This document shows, one piece after another, positions 20,326 to 30,517 of a DNA stretch of 64,000 nucleotides (the stretch's first letter is position 1; the number at the start of each line of letters is the position of its first letter). The position numbers and the translations under genes are program-made. This stretch comes from Candidatus Hodarchaeota archaeon (GTDB lineage: Archaea; Asgardarchaeota; Heimdallarchaeia; Hodarchaeales; Hodarchaeaceae), in contig JAEOTQ010000177.1 in the NCBI GenBank assembly GCA_016839785.1, positions 30,550 to 94,549 of the forward strand. Direction: 5' to 3'. A model generated the notes under the pieces. The model searched no databases, was not told the origin of the DNA, and saw only the letters and a list, made by a program, of their open reading frames with translations.

Positions 20326-21207
20326 TTACTCGGAGATAGGAGCATAAAGATCTAAGATAAATGTATCAGGATCTGTGTTATGGGGATTAACGTGATGCTC
20401 TAACCATTGATGAGTTTTTACTAATGTGTACTTAGACTCTGAAACTCTTTCAACGAGTTTACCCCATGTAGGACCGATACTTTCCACACCTTGGCAACTC
20501 ATAACCGCGTATAAACCTCCATCAAAGGTTTTTACAGTCATTCCAGATTCTACATCAAAATCGTCAGGGATAGTCACCCAAAATTCATACCCATACAGAG
20601 GTTGCTCCTTTGTAGGATTAGGGTTATTAAACCCGTAGACCTGATGGATATCAGGTTGGTCAAACATTCCTTTAGGTTTAGCCCACTTTTCTAGCATACT
20701 CTCGGCTTCTCCTTCTGGGGAGTTACTCTCCTTTACGTGAAAGGAAACAACTCTTAGTTTAGAGAGTTGAACTATTTTTAATATTTCTTTTTCTTTACCC
20801 ATTGTCGGCACTTCTTGACTGATATAGGGATTTGTTTTCCCTATCAGTTGTAAAAGTCGCTCCAGTCGTTGTTGTTCTCTAAGCTTCGATTCAAGATAAC
20901 TGTGAGCTATCTTTTCAAGTAAATCGTCACCATCAACTGTTATTTGATAAACACCTTTTTCTTTTTTCTCGATCAGCGATTTATCACTTAATACACTTAA
21001 ATGATGAGCTAGGGCGCTTTTCTGCAGTTCAGTTTTTTCTTGCAAATCCCTAAATGTGATGTGTGCTCCTCCTAGCATCGCTATCAACATTTCCAATCGT
21101 TTTGGATGAGCTAAAGTATTCATCAGATCCATAATTCCTTCAAGAGAATGTGTCATAAACTCACGAAGGTTTGTTTTAGAGTTAAACGGTGACTGTGAGG
21201 CGACCAT
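20326..21207 (-). CDS. Transcriptional regulator: ArsR-type wHTH plus GyrI-like effector-binding domain
   Basis: N-terminal HPKRLEMLIAMLGG...LQKSALAHHLSVL. The C-terminal region (YGYEFWVTIPDDF...GGLYAV) resembles the GyrI/AraC effector-binding fold. Confidence 0.55.
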   Translation of the reverse strand: MVASQSPFNSKTNLREFMTHSLEGIMDLMNTLAHPKRLEMLIAMLGGAHITFRDLQEKTELQKSALAHHLSVLSDKSLIEKKEKGVYQITVDGDDLLEKIAHSYLESKLREQQRLERLLQLIGKTNPYISQEVPTMGKEKEILKIVQLSKLRVVSFHVKESNSPEGEAESMLEKWAKPKGMFDQPDIHQVYGFNNPNPTKEQPLYGYEFWVTIPDDFDVESGMTVKTFDGGLYAVMSCQGVESIGPTWGKLVERVSESKYTLVKTHQWLEHHVNPHNTDPDTFILDLYAPISE

Positions 21208-21338
21208 GGGGGTTTACTTTCCTATATTTTTAATCTGTTGTTCCTTGAATATAAGTATTTTTGGATTTAGGCTGAAATAAAACTCCTTAAGGCTAATGTT
21301 TGGTGGAGGTTACGAACTTACGGAAGTACTGAATATGA

Positions 21339-21836
21339 ATGGAAATAATAATATTTCAATCTTATGCACAAAATCACCGACGCACAAGGAGAGACCTACC
21401 TGAAATGTCCCGTGTAGAACATGCAGTAAGTTTATTCAAAGAAAAAGATAACTGCTCCCAAGCTGTACTAGCTACTTCCGCAAATCAATATGGAATACAA
21501 GAGAAAACAGCTCTTAAGATAGCAGAAGTTTTTAGTGGAGGAATTGTCCGTAAGGGGAATATTTGTGGGGCATTGAATGGCGCCTTAATGGTTATTGGTC
21601 TTCATTATGGAAAAGATAAAGATTCAGATTCAACGCCAAGAAAATCCGTTTATGATGTGGCAGATGAGCTGCTAGAAAAGTTCAAGAGCCAACATGGAAC
21701 AGCAAATTGTAGAGAGTTAATCCTCTTTGATTTAACCACTCCTGAAAATAGAAAGCTTGCTCAAGAGATGAAAGTTTTTCGAAATTGTCCCAAATATGTT
21801 GGAAGTGCAGTCGAACTTCTGGAAGATCTTCTGTAA
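21339..21836 (+). CDS. C_GCAxxG_C_C family protein (putative redox-active protein)
   Basis: NCSQAV, ICGALNGALMVIG, ANCRELI and RNCPKYV match the family's conserved Cys arrangement. The true start is probably an internal Met (MSRVEH...). Confidence 0.6.
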   Translation: MEIIIFQSYAQNHRRTRRDLPEMSRVEHAVSLFKEKDNCSQAVLATSANQYGIQEKTALKIAEVFSGGIVRKGNICGALNGALMVIGLHYGKDKDSDSTPRKSVYDVADELLEKFKSQHGTANCRELILFDLTTPENRKLAQEMKVFRNCPKYVGSAVELLEDLL

Positions 21837-21856
21837 GAATCTTCTCTTTTACGGGA

Positions 21857-22447
21857 CTATATTTTCCGAGAAAGTAGTAGCCCTTTTCCAACAGGTAAAA
21901 TAAGAGTGTCTACCCGACTATCGGCAAAAACTCTCTCTATAAACGGTTGTAGTTCATCTTCATGACTTATTACATTATCTGCGATGAAGAATCCTCCCTT
22001 CACAAGCTTTGGAACGATCAAATCGTAGCAATCATCATAATACTCCTTTTCAGCATCTAAAAAGCAAAAAGAAATATCAAAAGCATCCTTTAAATGATCT
22101 CTTGCATCTCCGTGTATCAGTTTTACATATGAATCCACTCTAGCCTGATTAAAAGTAGTTTCAGCTAGCTTAATCTTTTCAGGAAGGATTTCAAAGGTTC
22201 TTACTATTTTTTCTAAATAGCGACATGCAAGGATCAGCCATAAAGTAGAATATCCTGCACTCGTTCCAATCTCGATAATCTCTCCTTCAGGAGCAGATGC
22301 TGCTAATAGTGAAAGTAACTTTCCTGATTCAGATGGAATTTGACGTAATCGCTGCAACCTCGGAGTACCGTCCTGTCGATCTTTCGCATCTGCTTTTTCT
22401 AATTGTTCCATTCGCTCTTTAATCAAAATAGGTATTTGATGTAACAT
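21857..22447 (-). CDS. Class I SAM-dependent O-methyltransferase (caffeoyl-CoA OMT/YrrM-like)
   Basis: EIGTSAGYSTLWL (glycine-rich SAM motif), FLDAEKEYY and GGFFIADN, as in cation-dependent OMTs. Confidence 0.65.
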   Translation of the reverse strand: MLHQIPILIKERMEQLEKADAKDRQDGTPRLQRLRQIPSESGKLLSLLAASAPEGEIIEIGTSAGYSTLWLILACRYLEKIVRTFEILPEKIKLAETTFNQARVDSYVKLIHGDARDHLKDAFDISFCFLDAEKEYYDDCYDLIVPKLVKGGFFIADNVISHEDELQPFIERVFADSRVDTLILPVGKGLLLSRKI

Positions 22448-22485
22448 CCTTTCATCACAACCAATAAATTCACAACATAGGAATA

Positions 22486-23601
22486 TCAGTAGAGTAAATG
22501 CTTGTTTCCTATATGGACATTATCTAAATACTTTTGTGCGATCTCATAACACCTATTTGCTTGTTTTCGTGGAGTAACAGGTAAATCGGATAAGAAGGAA
22601 TCAGGGTGGAATAGTAATAGAGAATAAGGAATAGATCTATCTAATGAGGAGAGAAAACGTGCTATTCCTTCAACCTCATCTACGTCCACATATCCAGGTA
22701 CTAATAATGTAGTCGCACTCAGGAGCGGATAATCTGGTCTAGAGGCATAAAATTTATCGTAACACACTTTGAAATTGTGATATGATTGCTGATTAGACAC
22801 ACCACTCAGAACTTCAAACAAGGGCGGAGATGCGTATTTGAGATCAAATTTGGCATTTCCTCCTGATTTTGCAGAAAGCTTTACAGCATTAACTATTAAT
22901 TTCTCATTTCCTGATCCATTCCATTCCCAACAAATACGTAATATTGATCTTGAAGCATCAAGACCACTTAACGCCTTTCTAGCAGCTCTAATAGCAAACG
23001 GTAATTGAGGTTCCGGAGAACCACCAAAAAAACATACACACGATATTCTTGAGTTTGAATTTACTCGTTTCACGAATTTTTCAACAGAATAATGTTCTGC
23101 AGTATCAATATTTCTATGTTGATCATTTTGACATCCGAAACAAGAGAAATTACACCCATATAAGAAACAGGCAAGATTATAGTACCCAAACTCTGGACCA
23201 TCTGCATAAGTATAATGAGAGATATGACCATTAGTTCCAGCAGGGCAAAAATAGGTATTACAACAATTTGTAGGAAGAGGATCAAGGTACGTATGTAGAA
23301 ATCCTCCCTTTCCAGCCCGATTTTGAATTGACCCATCATGATTCGATCTAATTCCGCAATAACCTAAGTTTCCCTCAGAAATCCTACATTGGTTTGAACA
23401 TATGTGACATTCCACATCAGACGTATCAGGTACTGATTTGGGCAATTTCCAGACGTTTCGTGCAACCATATGAGAGTCCTTGGATAATTCAATAGAGTAT
23501 TCAGGATACTTTCGAATACATTCTGGACAAATGCCAATAAACCCTGCAAAGATCTCTGATCGTTTGTTACATATTTGACATGTAGAATGCATAGTTTTCA
23601 A
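22486..23601 (-). CDS. Radical SAM enzyme, PFL-activating-enzyme/AmrS-like, with an extra N-terminal zinc ribbon
   Basis: 4Fe-4S motif GCNFSCFGC (CxxxCxxC). Upstream CHICSNQCRISEGNLGYCGIRSN resembles the C-x2-C-x3-C...CG[IV]R-N lead-in of PFL-AE/AmrS-like enzymes. N-terminal CQIC...CPEC zinc ribbon. Confidence 0.6.
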   Translation of the reverse strand: MKTMHSTCQICNKRSEIFAGFIGICPECIRKYPEYSIELSKDSHMVARNVWKLPKSVPDTSDVECHICSNQCRISEGNLGYCGIRSNHDGSIQNRAGKGGFLHTYLDPLPTNCCNTYFCPAGTNGHISHYTYADGPEFGYYNLACFLYGCNFSCFGCQNDQHRNIDTAEHYSVEKFVKRVNSNSRISCVCFFGGSPEPQLPFAIRAARKALSGLDASRSILRICWEWNGSGNEKLIVNAVKLSAKSGGNAKFDLKYASPPLFEVLSGVSNQQSYHNFKVCYDKFYASRPDYPLLSATTLLVPGYVDVDEVEGIARFLSSLDRSIPYSLLLFHPDSFLSDLPVTPRKQANRCYEIAQKYLDNVHIGNKHLLY

Positions 23602-23739
23602 TGTAAAATCCTTTCAGCAGTACTTCCTGTAGACTTCACTTACCTAAAAGAAGACAAATATAAAATTCATCTATATTTTTGAGATTAATATGCTTTATTA
23701 GCTTTTAGAATAGAAAAAGAAGATACGGGAGAATAAATT

Positions 23740-24195
23740 GTGGTTTACAAATTTTTAATTGAAGCAATCCATCGTCATTTAGAAGAAACTGAACTTATTC
23801 TGAATCAACTTACCGATGAAGTGGTTCTGAAAGAACCAGTCAGAACTGGTCGTCCATTGGGTGAAATTGTAATACATATTATCCGTTCTTTGGAATATTA
23901 TTCCCAAGGACTTGCGAAAAATATTTGGGAACCTTTAAACTATACTTTAGATAAATATCCTGATGCAAAGAGCATATCATCCTTATACAAGGATGTTGTA
24001 ACCAGAACTAAATCTCATCTTGAATCAATCTCACCCCAGACATTAGACGAGGTGTATTCAGAAGGGAATCGCACAGCTACCAGAGCTGAATTGCTTCTAG
24101 AGTTATTAGAACACAGTGTTCAGCACCGGGGCCAATTATTGGTATATTATAGATTATTGGGATTAATTCCAAAAGAAATTCCATATATAATCTAA
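23740..24195 (+). CDS. DinB/YfiT-like four-helix-bundle protein (putative)
   Basis: 151 aa with His-containing helices (VIHIIRSLEYY, LEHSVQHRGQLLVY) in DinB_2-like spacing. This is weak. Confidence 0.35.
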   Translation: MVYKFLIEAIHRHLEETELILNQLTDEVVLKEPVRTGRPLGEIVIHIIRSLEYYSQGLAKNIWEPLNYTLDKYPDAKSISSLYKDVVTRTKSHLESISPQTLDEVYSEGNRTATRAELLLELLEHSVQHRGQLLVYYRLLGLIPKEIPYII

Positions 24196-24233
24196 TACGG
24201 GTACTTTAGACCTTTTGAGATGTGATATAGCTA

Positions 24234-25049
24234 GTGTACAAGTATCAAATGACGGTCGCTCGCAAAGATGTACGAACCTGCTTAACTATATGGAAGAATA
24301 TATTGTTAGAAGAATTTCCAGAAAAAATCGAGGTAATCTATTCGAAAGGTTCTGCATGTAAACCATGGACATCTGCTATTGACTATGTACCTATCATAAG
24401 TGATGTTGATATCCACGTTCGTTTTACAAATTCAAACCAAAAGGGCCCCCTTAACCATCTCTCACTGGATAAAGCATTAGATATTTCACAGCAATATGAA
24501 AACCTTTTCCTAAACAAAAGAAAGGAATCATTGCATCTACCACGAACTCAGATTGTGTCAGTAAATAAACTCATAGAAGACTCTTCCTTTATATTTCCCA
24601 GATCAGAAGACATATTACTGCTATATGGGTGGTATGACTCTCAAAACCTAGTCGTAGATGACACCATACGCGCTCTGGATAAAGAAAACGTTTTGACAGA
24701 TTTTAAATATTTAGAAAATGTACCTGGATCAGTTTTTGATCGCACAGGTCTCGATTATTGGTCTCTTTTTCGTAGAATTAATTGGCGTATTTCTCCAGCC
24801 CCTGTTAGATTATTAACGCAAATGCTACCTATTTCACCCTATGAAATTTGGACTTGGAACAGAAGCAAAATTGTGAGAGAATTGATTAAGCAGGATTTAA
24901 CATCCTTAGCGAAGTCCTATCAGGACTACTATCTTACAGGATGGAAGTTATTTCTAGCAGACTTTTCTGAAACGAAATATTATCGCGAACTCCTCAACCA
25001 TGGATATTCAGTACTATCGAAAATTTCTCTTATTCTGAAAAATTTGTGA
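24234..25049 (+). CDS. Hypothetical protein, possible Pol-beta-superfamily nucleotidyltransferase domain
   Basis: KGSAC...PIISDVDIHV resembles the GS-x(n)-DxD nucleotidyltransferase motif, but the spacing is atypical. Confidence 0.35.
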   Translation: MYKYQMTVARKDVRTCLTIWKNILLEEFPEKIEVIYSKGSACKPWTSAIDYVPIISDVDIHVRFTNSNQKGPLNHLSLDKALDISQQYENLFLNKRKESLHLPRTQIVSVNKLIEDSSFIFPRSEDILLLYGWYDSQNLVVDDTIRALDKENVLTDFKYLENVPGSVFDRTGLDYWSLFRRINWRISPAPVRLLTQMLPISPYEIWTWNRSKIVRELIKQDLTSLAKSYQDYYLTGWKLFLADFSETKYYRELLNHGYSVLSKISLILKNL

Positions 25050-25285
25050 ATTGTTAATCAAGTACAAGAAATGACATTAAGGTTGATCTATATAAGTAGT
25101 ACTTACGATATCCATTCTATTTAAGTTATTAAGACTCGATTCTGATAAGAGTACTTGATTAGAAAAATCGATATGTAAAACTAAAGTATTCGCAAAAAAG
25201 TCAATACTCGAATATTTTCTCTGGTAACTTTTTTTATATCCGACAATAAGTGTATTGATAACTAGTCTCTCGATTGTGAAAAATT

Positions 25286-25924
25286 ATGAGTATCTTTGAG
25301 GTAAAAGACGATTTGTATAAGATCTGTCTTGTCGGAGATGGAGGAGTCGGTAAAACGGCTATTGTTGAAAGGTTTTTAGGAAAAGGTTTCGCTTCTACTT
25401 ATAATTTGACCATTGGAACCAATATATGTACTCATACCGTGGATGTGGATGGTACAAAAGTCAAATTTCAAATTTGGGATTTAGCAGGACAACAACGGTT
25501 CGAATTCGTCCGTTCCATGTTTTATCGGGGATCTCATGCTATTGTTATGGTTTTTGATGTGACCAATCCAAATTCCCTTTCGAATTTACATGAATGGAAA
25601 AATGAAATTCTACAAAATCTGGACCATAGACACCATGCCATCCCCATTGTGCTATTAGGTAATAAAAGTGATCTGCAACAAAAATTACTTATCGATCAGG
25701 ACGCAATATCGAACTTCAAAGATGAATTACAGATGGAGTTCCACGCAGATTCAACCGCCTTTATGTACACAAGTGCTCGCTCAGGAATGAATATCGAGGA
25801 GTCATTTGAAGTACTAGGTCTATTGCTTTTAAAGAAGAAGAATCCACAATCCTATATTGATAAAACTTCAGGGAAATTTAAAATTCCAACGAATCTTCAT
25901 TCCATTGGACCCTCGAATGCATAA
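25286..25924 (+). CDS. Ras-superfamily small GTPase, Rab/Ras-like
   Basis: G1 GDGGVGKT, G2 Thr in TIGT, G3 WDLAGQQ, G4 GNKSD, G5 SAR. There is no C-terminal CaaX. This type is characteristic of Asgard archaea. Confidence 0.85.
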   Translation: MSIFEVKDDLYKICLVGDGGVGKTAIVERFLGKGFASTYNLTIGTNICTHTVDVDGTKVKFQIWDLAGQQRFEFVRSMFYRGSHAIVMVFDVTNPNSLSNLHEWKNEILQNLDHRHHAIPIVLLGNKSDLQQKLLIDQDAISNFKDELQMEFHADSTAFMYTSARSGMNIEESFEVLGLLLLKKKNPQSYIDKTSGKFKIPTNLHSIGPSNA

Positions 25925-26445
25925 GCTATTCCTTATTTCTTTTTTTTTCAACTAATCCTAGTCATTTGATATTTTAGAAGAGATAACCAGCCCTTAAAAA
26001 ATTCTTTTTCAGACTTGAAGCTACTTCTAATTTTGACACTTCTCTCTTCTACTCTAAAAAGGGGGAGTTACATTCAGTAATCAATGTAGGTGACTCCTTC
26101 TGTCTGTTAATGAAAAACTTCAGTTAGTAAATCTAGCCAAAGATCTTTCACTGTTCCTTCCTTATATACTAAATTTTGAAAAAAGCCTTCATCAAGAAAC
26201 TTCTAAGTTCATACTTTCATCATTCATATCAGATGGTCCAGTGCAACCTGGAATTGATTAAAATTTGGACTGATACATAACTTTAATCATGGGATTCAGG
26301 TTTTACTGAATATAATTACTCAATCAATTTGTATTTAATGATTTAAAAGGATATAAATGGTTGGATCATTAGATCACGAAACAATACAAATTCTTCTGAA
26401 TCTCGAACCGAATAAAACAAATAATCGTCCGAATGAAGAAGATAT

Positions 26446-27072
26446 GTGAAGTTGAACAAAATGACACAAGCCCAAGTATTACTAGCCTATGCATCAAATT
26501 TCGGCTCTACCAGTGAGATTGCCTTTGAAATTGCTGACGTACTCCAACAAGAGAATTTAATTGTAGATCTCATTGATTTGAAGTCAGACATTGAGATATC
26601 ATCATTAACAAGCTACTCTGGAGTGATTATAGGATCAGGAATTAGAATGGCACACTGGGTTGAGGAGGTGCTACATTTTGTTCAATCCAATAGCAAAATT
26701 CTGAAAACAAAACCATTAGGGGTATTCATAAGTTCAGGAGAAGCATCAAATCCTGATACCTATGAGAAAGCAAAAGAAAAATATCTTCTCACAATACTAG
26801 AAGAATTTCAACTAATGGGACCAAAAGTTATGTATGAAGCCTTTGGAGGTGTTTTTGACTTTTCTTCCTCCAGTAGCTATTCCTTTTTAGAGAAGAAAAT
26901 ACTCCAAAAAATCGCTGACTCCTCATCCAGTGGGTTCGTAGTGAATGATGGTAAACTAAACGATTTTAGAAATTGGCAACTAATACGAGAATGGGCCACT
27001 GCCTTTGCTGATTCGATTAATTCTTCTCAACTAAATGAGAAATCTCAAACACAATCTGCCTCCCGTGTTTAG
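26446..27072 (+). CDS. Flavodoxin-like domain protein
   Basis: N-terminal VLLAYASNFGSTSEIA, a flavodoxin-type phosphate-binding loop, with an alpha/beta pattern. The true start is uncertain. Confidence 0.45.
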   Translation: MKLNKMTQAQVLLAYASNFGSTSEIAFEIADVLQQENLIVDLIDLKSDIEISSLTSYSGVIIGSGIRMAHWVEEVLHFVQSNSKILKTKPLGVFISSGEASNPDTYEKAKEKYLLTILEEFQLMGPKVMYEAFGGVFDFSSSSSYSFLEKKILQKIADSSSSGFVVNDGKLNDFRNWQLIREWATAFADSINSSQLNEKSQTQSASRV

Positions 27073-27145
27073 TTAAAAATCATTGGGTGGGTAATAAACA
27101 AGCACCCTCCCCACATATATGATTTTTTCCAATCTTTAAAAGAGA

Positions 27146-27631
27146 TTACATCTTTTTCAACGAATGGTTCTCAATTAGCGAGCTTTTCTCCGAAATAACA
27201 ACTTCTTCCATCACATCACTATTCTGAAGTTTATCAATTATTTCTGTGCCGTGAGTTACCTCACCAAAAAGAGTATGAACACCATCTAGATGAGGTTGTG
27301 GAGCTCTAACTAGAAAAAATTGCGATCCACCAGTATTAGGTCCCGCATGAGCCATTGATAAAGATCCACGCATATGTTTATGCTTTCCTTTGTTTTTTTC
27401 AGTTTCACAAGGAATATTATACCCAGGACCTCCTGTACCCGTCCCTTGTGGACATCCTCCTTGGGATACAAATCCAGGGATATTTCGGTGGAAAGATAAT
27501 CCGTTATAGAAACCATTTTCGGCAAGTGAGACGAAGTTCTTGACTGTATTGGTCACTTCATCATAAAATTCGATTTTAATTGATCCATACCTTGTTTTGA
27601 TCGTAGCTTTCGTCATTTCAATCACATTCAC
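27146..27631 (-). CDS. Cyclophilin-type peptidyl-prolyl cis-trans isomerase
   Basis: FHRNIPGFVSQGG, GSLSMAHAGPNTGGSQFFL and LDGVHTLFGEV are canonical cyclophilin motifs. Confidence 0.9.
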   Translation of the reverse strand: MNVIEMTKATIKTRYGSIKIEFYDEVTNTVKNFVSLAENGFYNGLSFHRNIPGFVSQGGCPQGTGTGGPGYNIPCETEKNKGKHKHMRGSLSMAHAGPNTGGSQFFLVRAPQPHLDGVHTLFGEVTHGTEIIDKLQNSDVMEEVVISEKSSLIENHSLKKM

Positions 27632-27669
27632 TGTAAAAATATTCTGTTTCGCTTTAACTAAAGAATTTT

Positions 27670-29088
27670 ATGTCTGAATTAAGTATTTGTGCTTGCCTAA
27701 TCTATAATATTAATGAAGTGCATACAATGAGAAAGGGATCAACAACTGTCTCAATTTACGAGATAATGAAGGGATATATTAGCTTGAACTGGAATGTCCG
27801 ATTAGCTTACATACAAACAATTGCTCAAAGTGTAAGTTTTGGGATTATTCAGACTGCTTTTTCCATATTCATCACTCAAGGTCTTGGACATAGTGAATTT
27901 ACACTTGGGAACCTTTTTACCGTATCGGGAGTCGCCTCAACCCTTTTCGTCTTCCCTTCAGGTTGGTTTGCAGATAAGTATCGGAGAGACATTCTAATTC
28001 GCATATCAGTTTTGTTTGGCTTGTTAGGACAAGCAATACTCATTTATTCCACGTTGATCATTGCTCCTGCGACTAATACGATTGATTATTTATTCATCAG
28101 TCAAATTTGTGGAGGTCTCGGGTTTGGTCTCTCGGGTCCTGCATCACAGGCATTATTAGCTGATAGTATCGAACCTGGACATCGGAGTAAAACTTTCGCA
28201 AACATGCACTTTATAAATTTACTTGCAGCCGCATTAGGCCCTTTTTTGGCGGCAGGGTTGACGATTCTAATAGGCGATTCATGGGAACTTAATATTTTAC
28301 AAGTATTAATTGTAAGTGGGGCGATATTTTCGGTATTCGCATATGGGGTGATCTTCTTTGTTTCTGACAAATATTCCCTTGAAAACGGCCATTTACCTAA
28401 TTCCGCGGAAAAATCAAAAACGAAAGAGCAGATAGATCATGAGATACCAATTTCTTCTAATAATAAATCATATGATATGTTTGTTCCGGTGATACTAGTA
28501 GTCTCAGGCGTGATCATAGGATTTGGTGCAGGAGCAACTGTAGCTTTCTTTCCAGTTCTCTTTGCTGATCCAGAAATTGGATATAATTTATCACCACTTC
28601 TTACGTATAGTATTGTTGGAGTAGGTAGTGTTTTTACTGGATTAGCTGGATTAGGAGCCCAACGACTGTCACGTAGGATTGGTAGAGTATTATCAATGTT
28701 CATTGTGCAACTGCTAGCCATCATCTGTCTCCTAGGTATTGTAACTAATCTCTATTTATTTCAAAATAGTCTTATTGATGTTTCACTGTCTGTTATGATA
28801 TTAGCAGTCTTCTATATTAGTCGTAATGCCCTAATGAATGCTTCAGGTCCTGTAAGTAGAAGCTTAATCATGGACATTGTTCCTACAAGTTCACGTGCAA
28901 AGTGGAACAGTATGGAAACACTAGCCTGGGGTATGTTTTGGTCTGTATCAGCGAGTATCGGTGGGTGGGTTGTTGTAGAATTCGGATTCACTTATGTTTT
29001 TCTATTTACTGCCACTCTGTATACAATAGCAACGTTCTTGCTACTAGCTATCAAAAATAGGGCTCCCTCTGAAGCTAAAGATCTTTGA
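27670..29088 (+). CDS. MFS transporter
   Basis: About 12 predicted TM helices and the MFS loop motif GWFADKYRRD between TM2 and TM3. The likely start is an internal Met at ~27727. Confidence 0.8.
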   Translation: MSELSICACLIYNINEVHTMRKGSTTVSIYEIMKGYISLNWNVRLAYIQTIAQSVSFGIIQTAFSIFITQGLGHSEFTLGNLFTVSGVASTLFVFPSGWFADKYRRDILIRISVLFGLLGQAILIYSTLIIAPATNTIDYLFISQICGGLGFGLSGPASQALLADSIEPGHRSKTFANMHFINLLAAALGPFLAAGLTILIGDSWELNILQVLIVSGAIFSVFAYGVIFFVSDKYSLENGHLPNSAEKSKTKEQIDHEIPISSNNKSYDMFVPVILVVSGVIIGFGAGATVAFFPVLFADPEIGYNLSPLLTYSIVGVGSVFTGLAGLGAQRLSRRIGRVLSMFIVQLLAIICLLGIVTNLYLFQNSLIDVSLSVMILAVFYISRNALMNASGPVSRSLIMDIVPTSSRAKWNSMETLAWGMFWSVSASIGGWVVVEFGFTYVFLFTATLYTIATFLLLAIKNRAPSEAKDL

Positions 29089-29209
29089 AGATGAAAAAAG
29101 TAGTGAACCTCTTCATCGAACGAATTATTCATCCTAACGATCAGATTCGGATTCTGATACTCAGACATATGCCTTTAGAACACAAGAGGTTCAAGATATT
29201 CTATGAGTA

Positions 29210-30511
29210 ATGAATTATAACCTTTTTTACTATATTGTTGAATCGAGTCAACTAGATAATTTGATAAGGAACAGAGTGATTTATTGTAGATGGTCGTGTC
29301 TCAATTTGAGGATGAGGAGAATTATTATCTACTGGTTGGTATTCTCCCTAATTCTGGTTGTTGGATACCTTTTTTTACAAGTACTACATAGTATTAATTT
29401 TTGGGAGAATCTTGGCATTATTCCCGCTCCCGATCATATTGAGCCATTTTCTACAATCGGCATGACTTTTTTTACCATGGCCCTCGTTGTAGGGTGGAGT
29501 ATCATCTTTAGTGGGGTGATCTGGAAGTTGATAGGTCATATATATTCACCCTCTCAACCAATATTTCGACTAATTTTCGAATTATCTCAGTCTTGGATAT
29601 CGCTTTCTTTTTTTGAGATTTGTATATTCATCAATTTCACTGTTCTTTCAACTCTTGTCACGAATAGTAAAAACACCTTTCGTCCTACAGGTCAAATTTT
29701 GCTAGAAGTAGCTTGGATCAACTTTGTCCTGGTTTGTCTGTTTTATACTTTCATAGGAATTCAAGCAGCACGAAAAAACCTTGAAGTAACCCGTTTCGTC
29801 AGTAAACTAGCTTATGATTTCCTTCAAATATTATTTATGACCTTTGAAGGAGGACTCATCTTCCTTCCTTTTGGGTTGTTCGAGTTTCTGATTAACATGA
29901 GTAATTACCCAGTACTTTTGCTTTCCTTACTTATCTATAGCTACAATGCATTCTTGGCTGCATTTATTATTGAATTCTTAATCTGGACTGATGAGAGGGT
30001 GAAAAAGGAAGAGGCAGCAAAAAATGCTAAGACTAGCTTTCGAATCTTCATCTTAGACACTTCAATGATTGTTTTTCCCCTGTTATTGATAGCCACTTTC
30101 ATGGTTTATCCATTTTATATTCCTCTTCAATCCGTACCGGTATGGATTTTTCTAGTTGAGTTTTTGGTCATATTCTCAATTTTTGCATCAATTCTTTATA
30201 GTTTTGGTAAGATAATAGCTCCCAGGTTATCCAAAGACAGTTTATCAAAGATTCAAATTCTGAAATATAGATTTGAAGTATTGCTCGCAACTAGAGGAAC
30301 TATGTTTAATTACCCTACTCCCATCGATATTTTTTTAGGAGGAGAATTAACAGAAAAGATCGAACATCGCTGGGAAAAAGTTTCACTAAAGATGGCGTGT
30401 GGGCAATGTTATCATGTATTTGAAGCTGAGGCTCTCAGAAAGGGAACAAATATTAAACCTATTCCATGTGCATTTTGTGGTTCATTGGCCACAACCCCAG
30501 TATGGGAATAA
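29210..30511 (+). CDS. Polytopic membrane protein with a C-terminal C4 zinc ribbon
   Basis: At least 8 hydrophobic helices, then CGQCYHV...CAFCGS at the C-terminus. Confidence 0.5.
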   Translation: MNYNLFYYIVESSQLDNLIRNRVIYCRWSCLNLRMRRIIIYWLVFSLILVVGYLFLQVLHSINFWENLGIIPAPDHIEPFSTIGMTFFTMALVVGWSIIFSGVIWKLIGHIYSPSQPIFRLIFELSQSWISLSFFEICIFINFTVLSTLVTNSKNTFRPTGQILLEVAWINFVLVCLFYTFIGIQAARKNLEVTRFVSKLAYDFLQILFMTFEGGLIFLPFGLFEFLINMSNYPVLLLSLLIYSYNAFLAAFIIEFLIWTDERVKKEEAAKNAKTSFRIFILDTSMIVFPLLLIATFMVYPFYIPLQSVPVWIFLVEFLVIFSIFASILYSFGKIIAPRLSKDSLSKIQILKYRFEVLLATRGTMFNYPTPIDIFLGGELTEKIEHRWEKVSLKMACGQCYHVFEAEALRKGTNIKPIPCAFCGSLATTPVWE

Positions 30512-30517
30512 ATTGCT

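Noticed and set aside
25925-26445. Possible tRNA/ncRNA in the long intergenic region
   Set aside because: No GC-rich island or cloverleaf-compatible stems were found by eye, only a weak 5-bp hairpin near 26063. This needs Infernal or tRNAscan to exclude properly.
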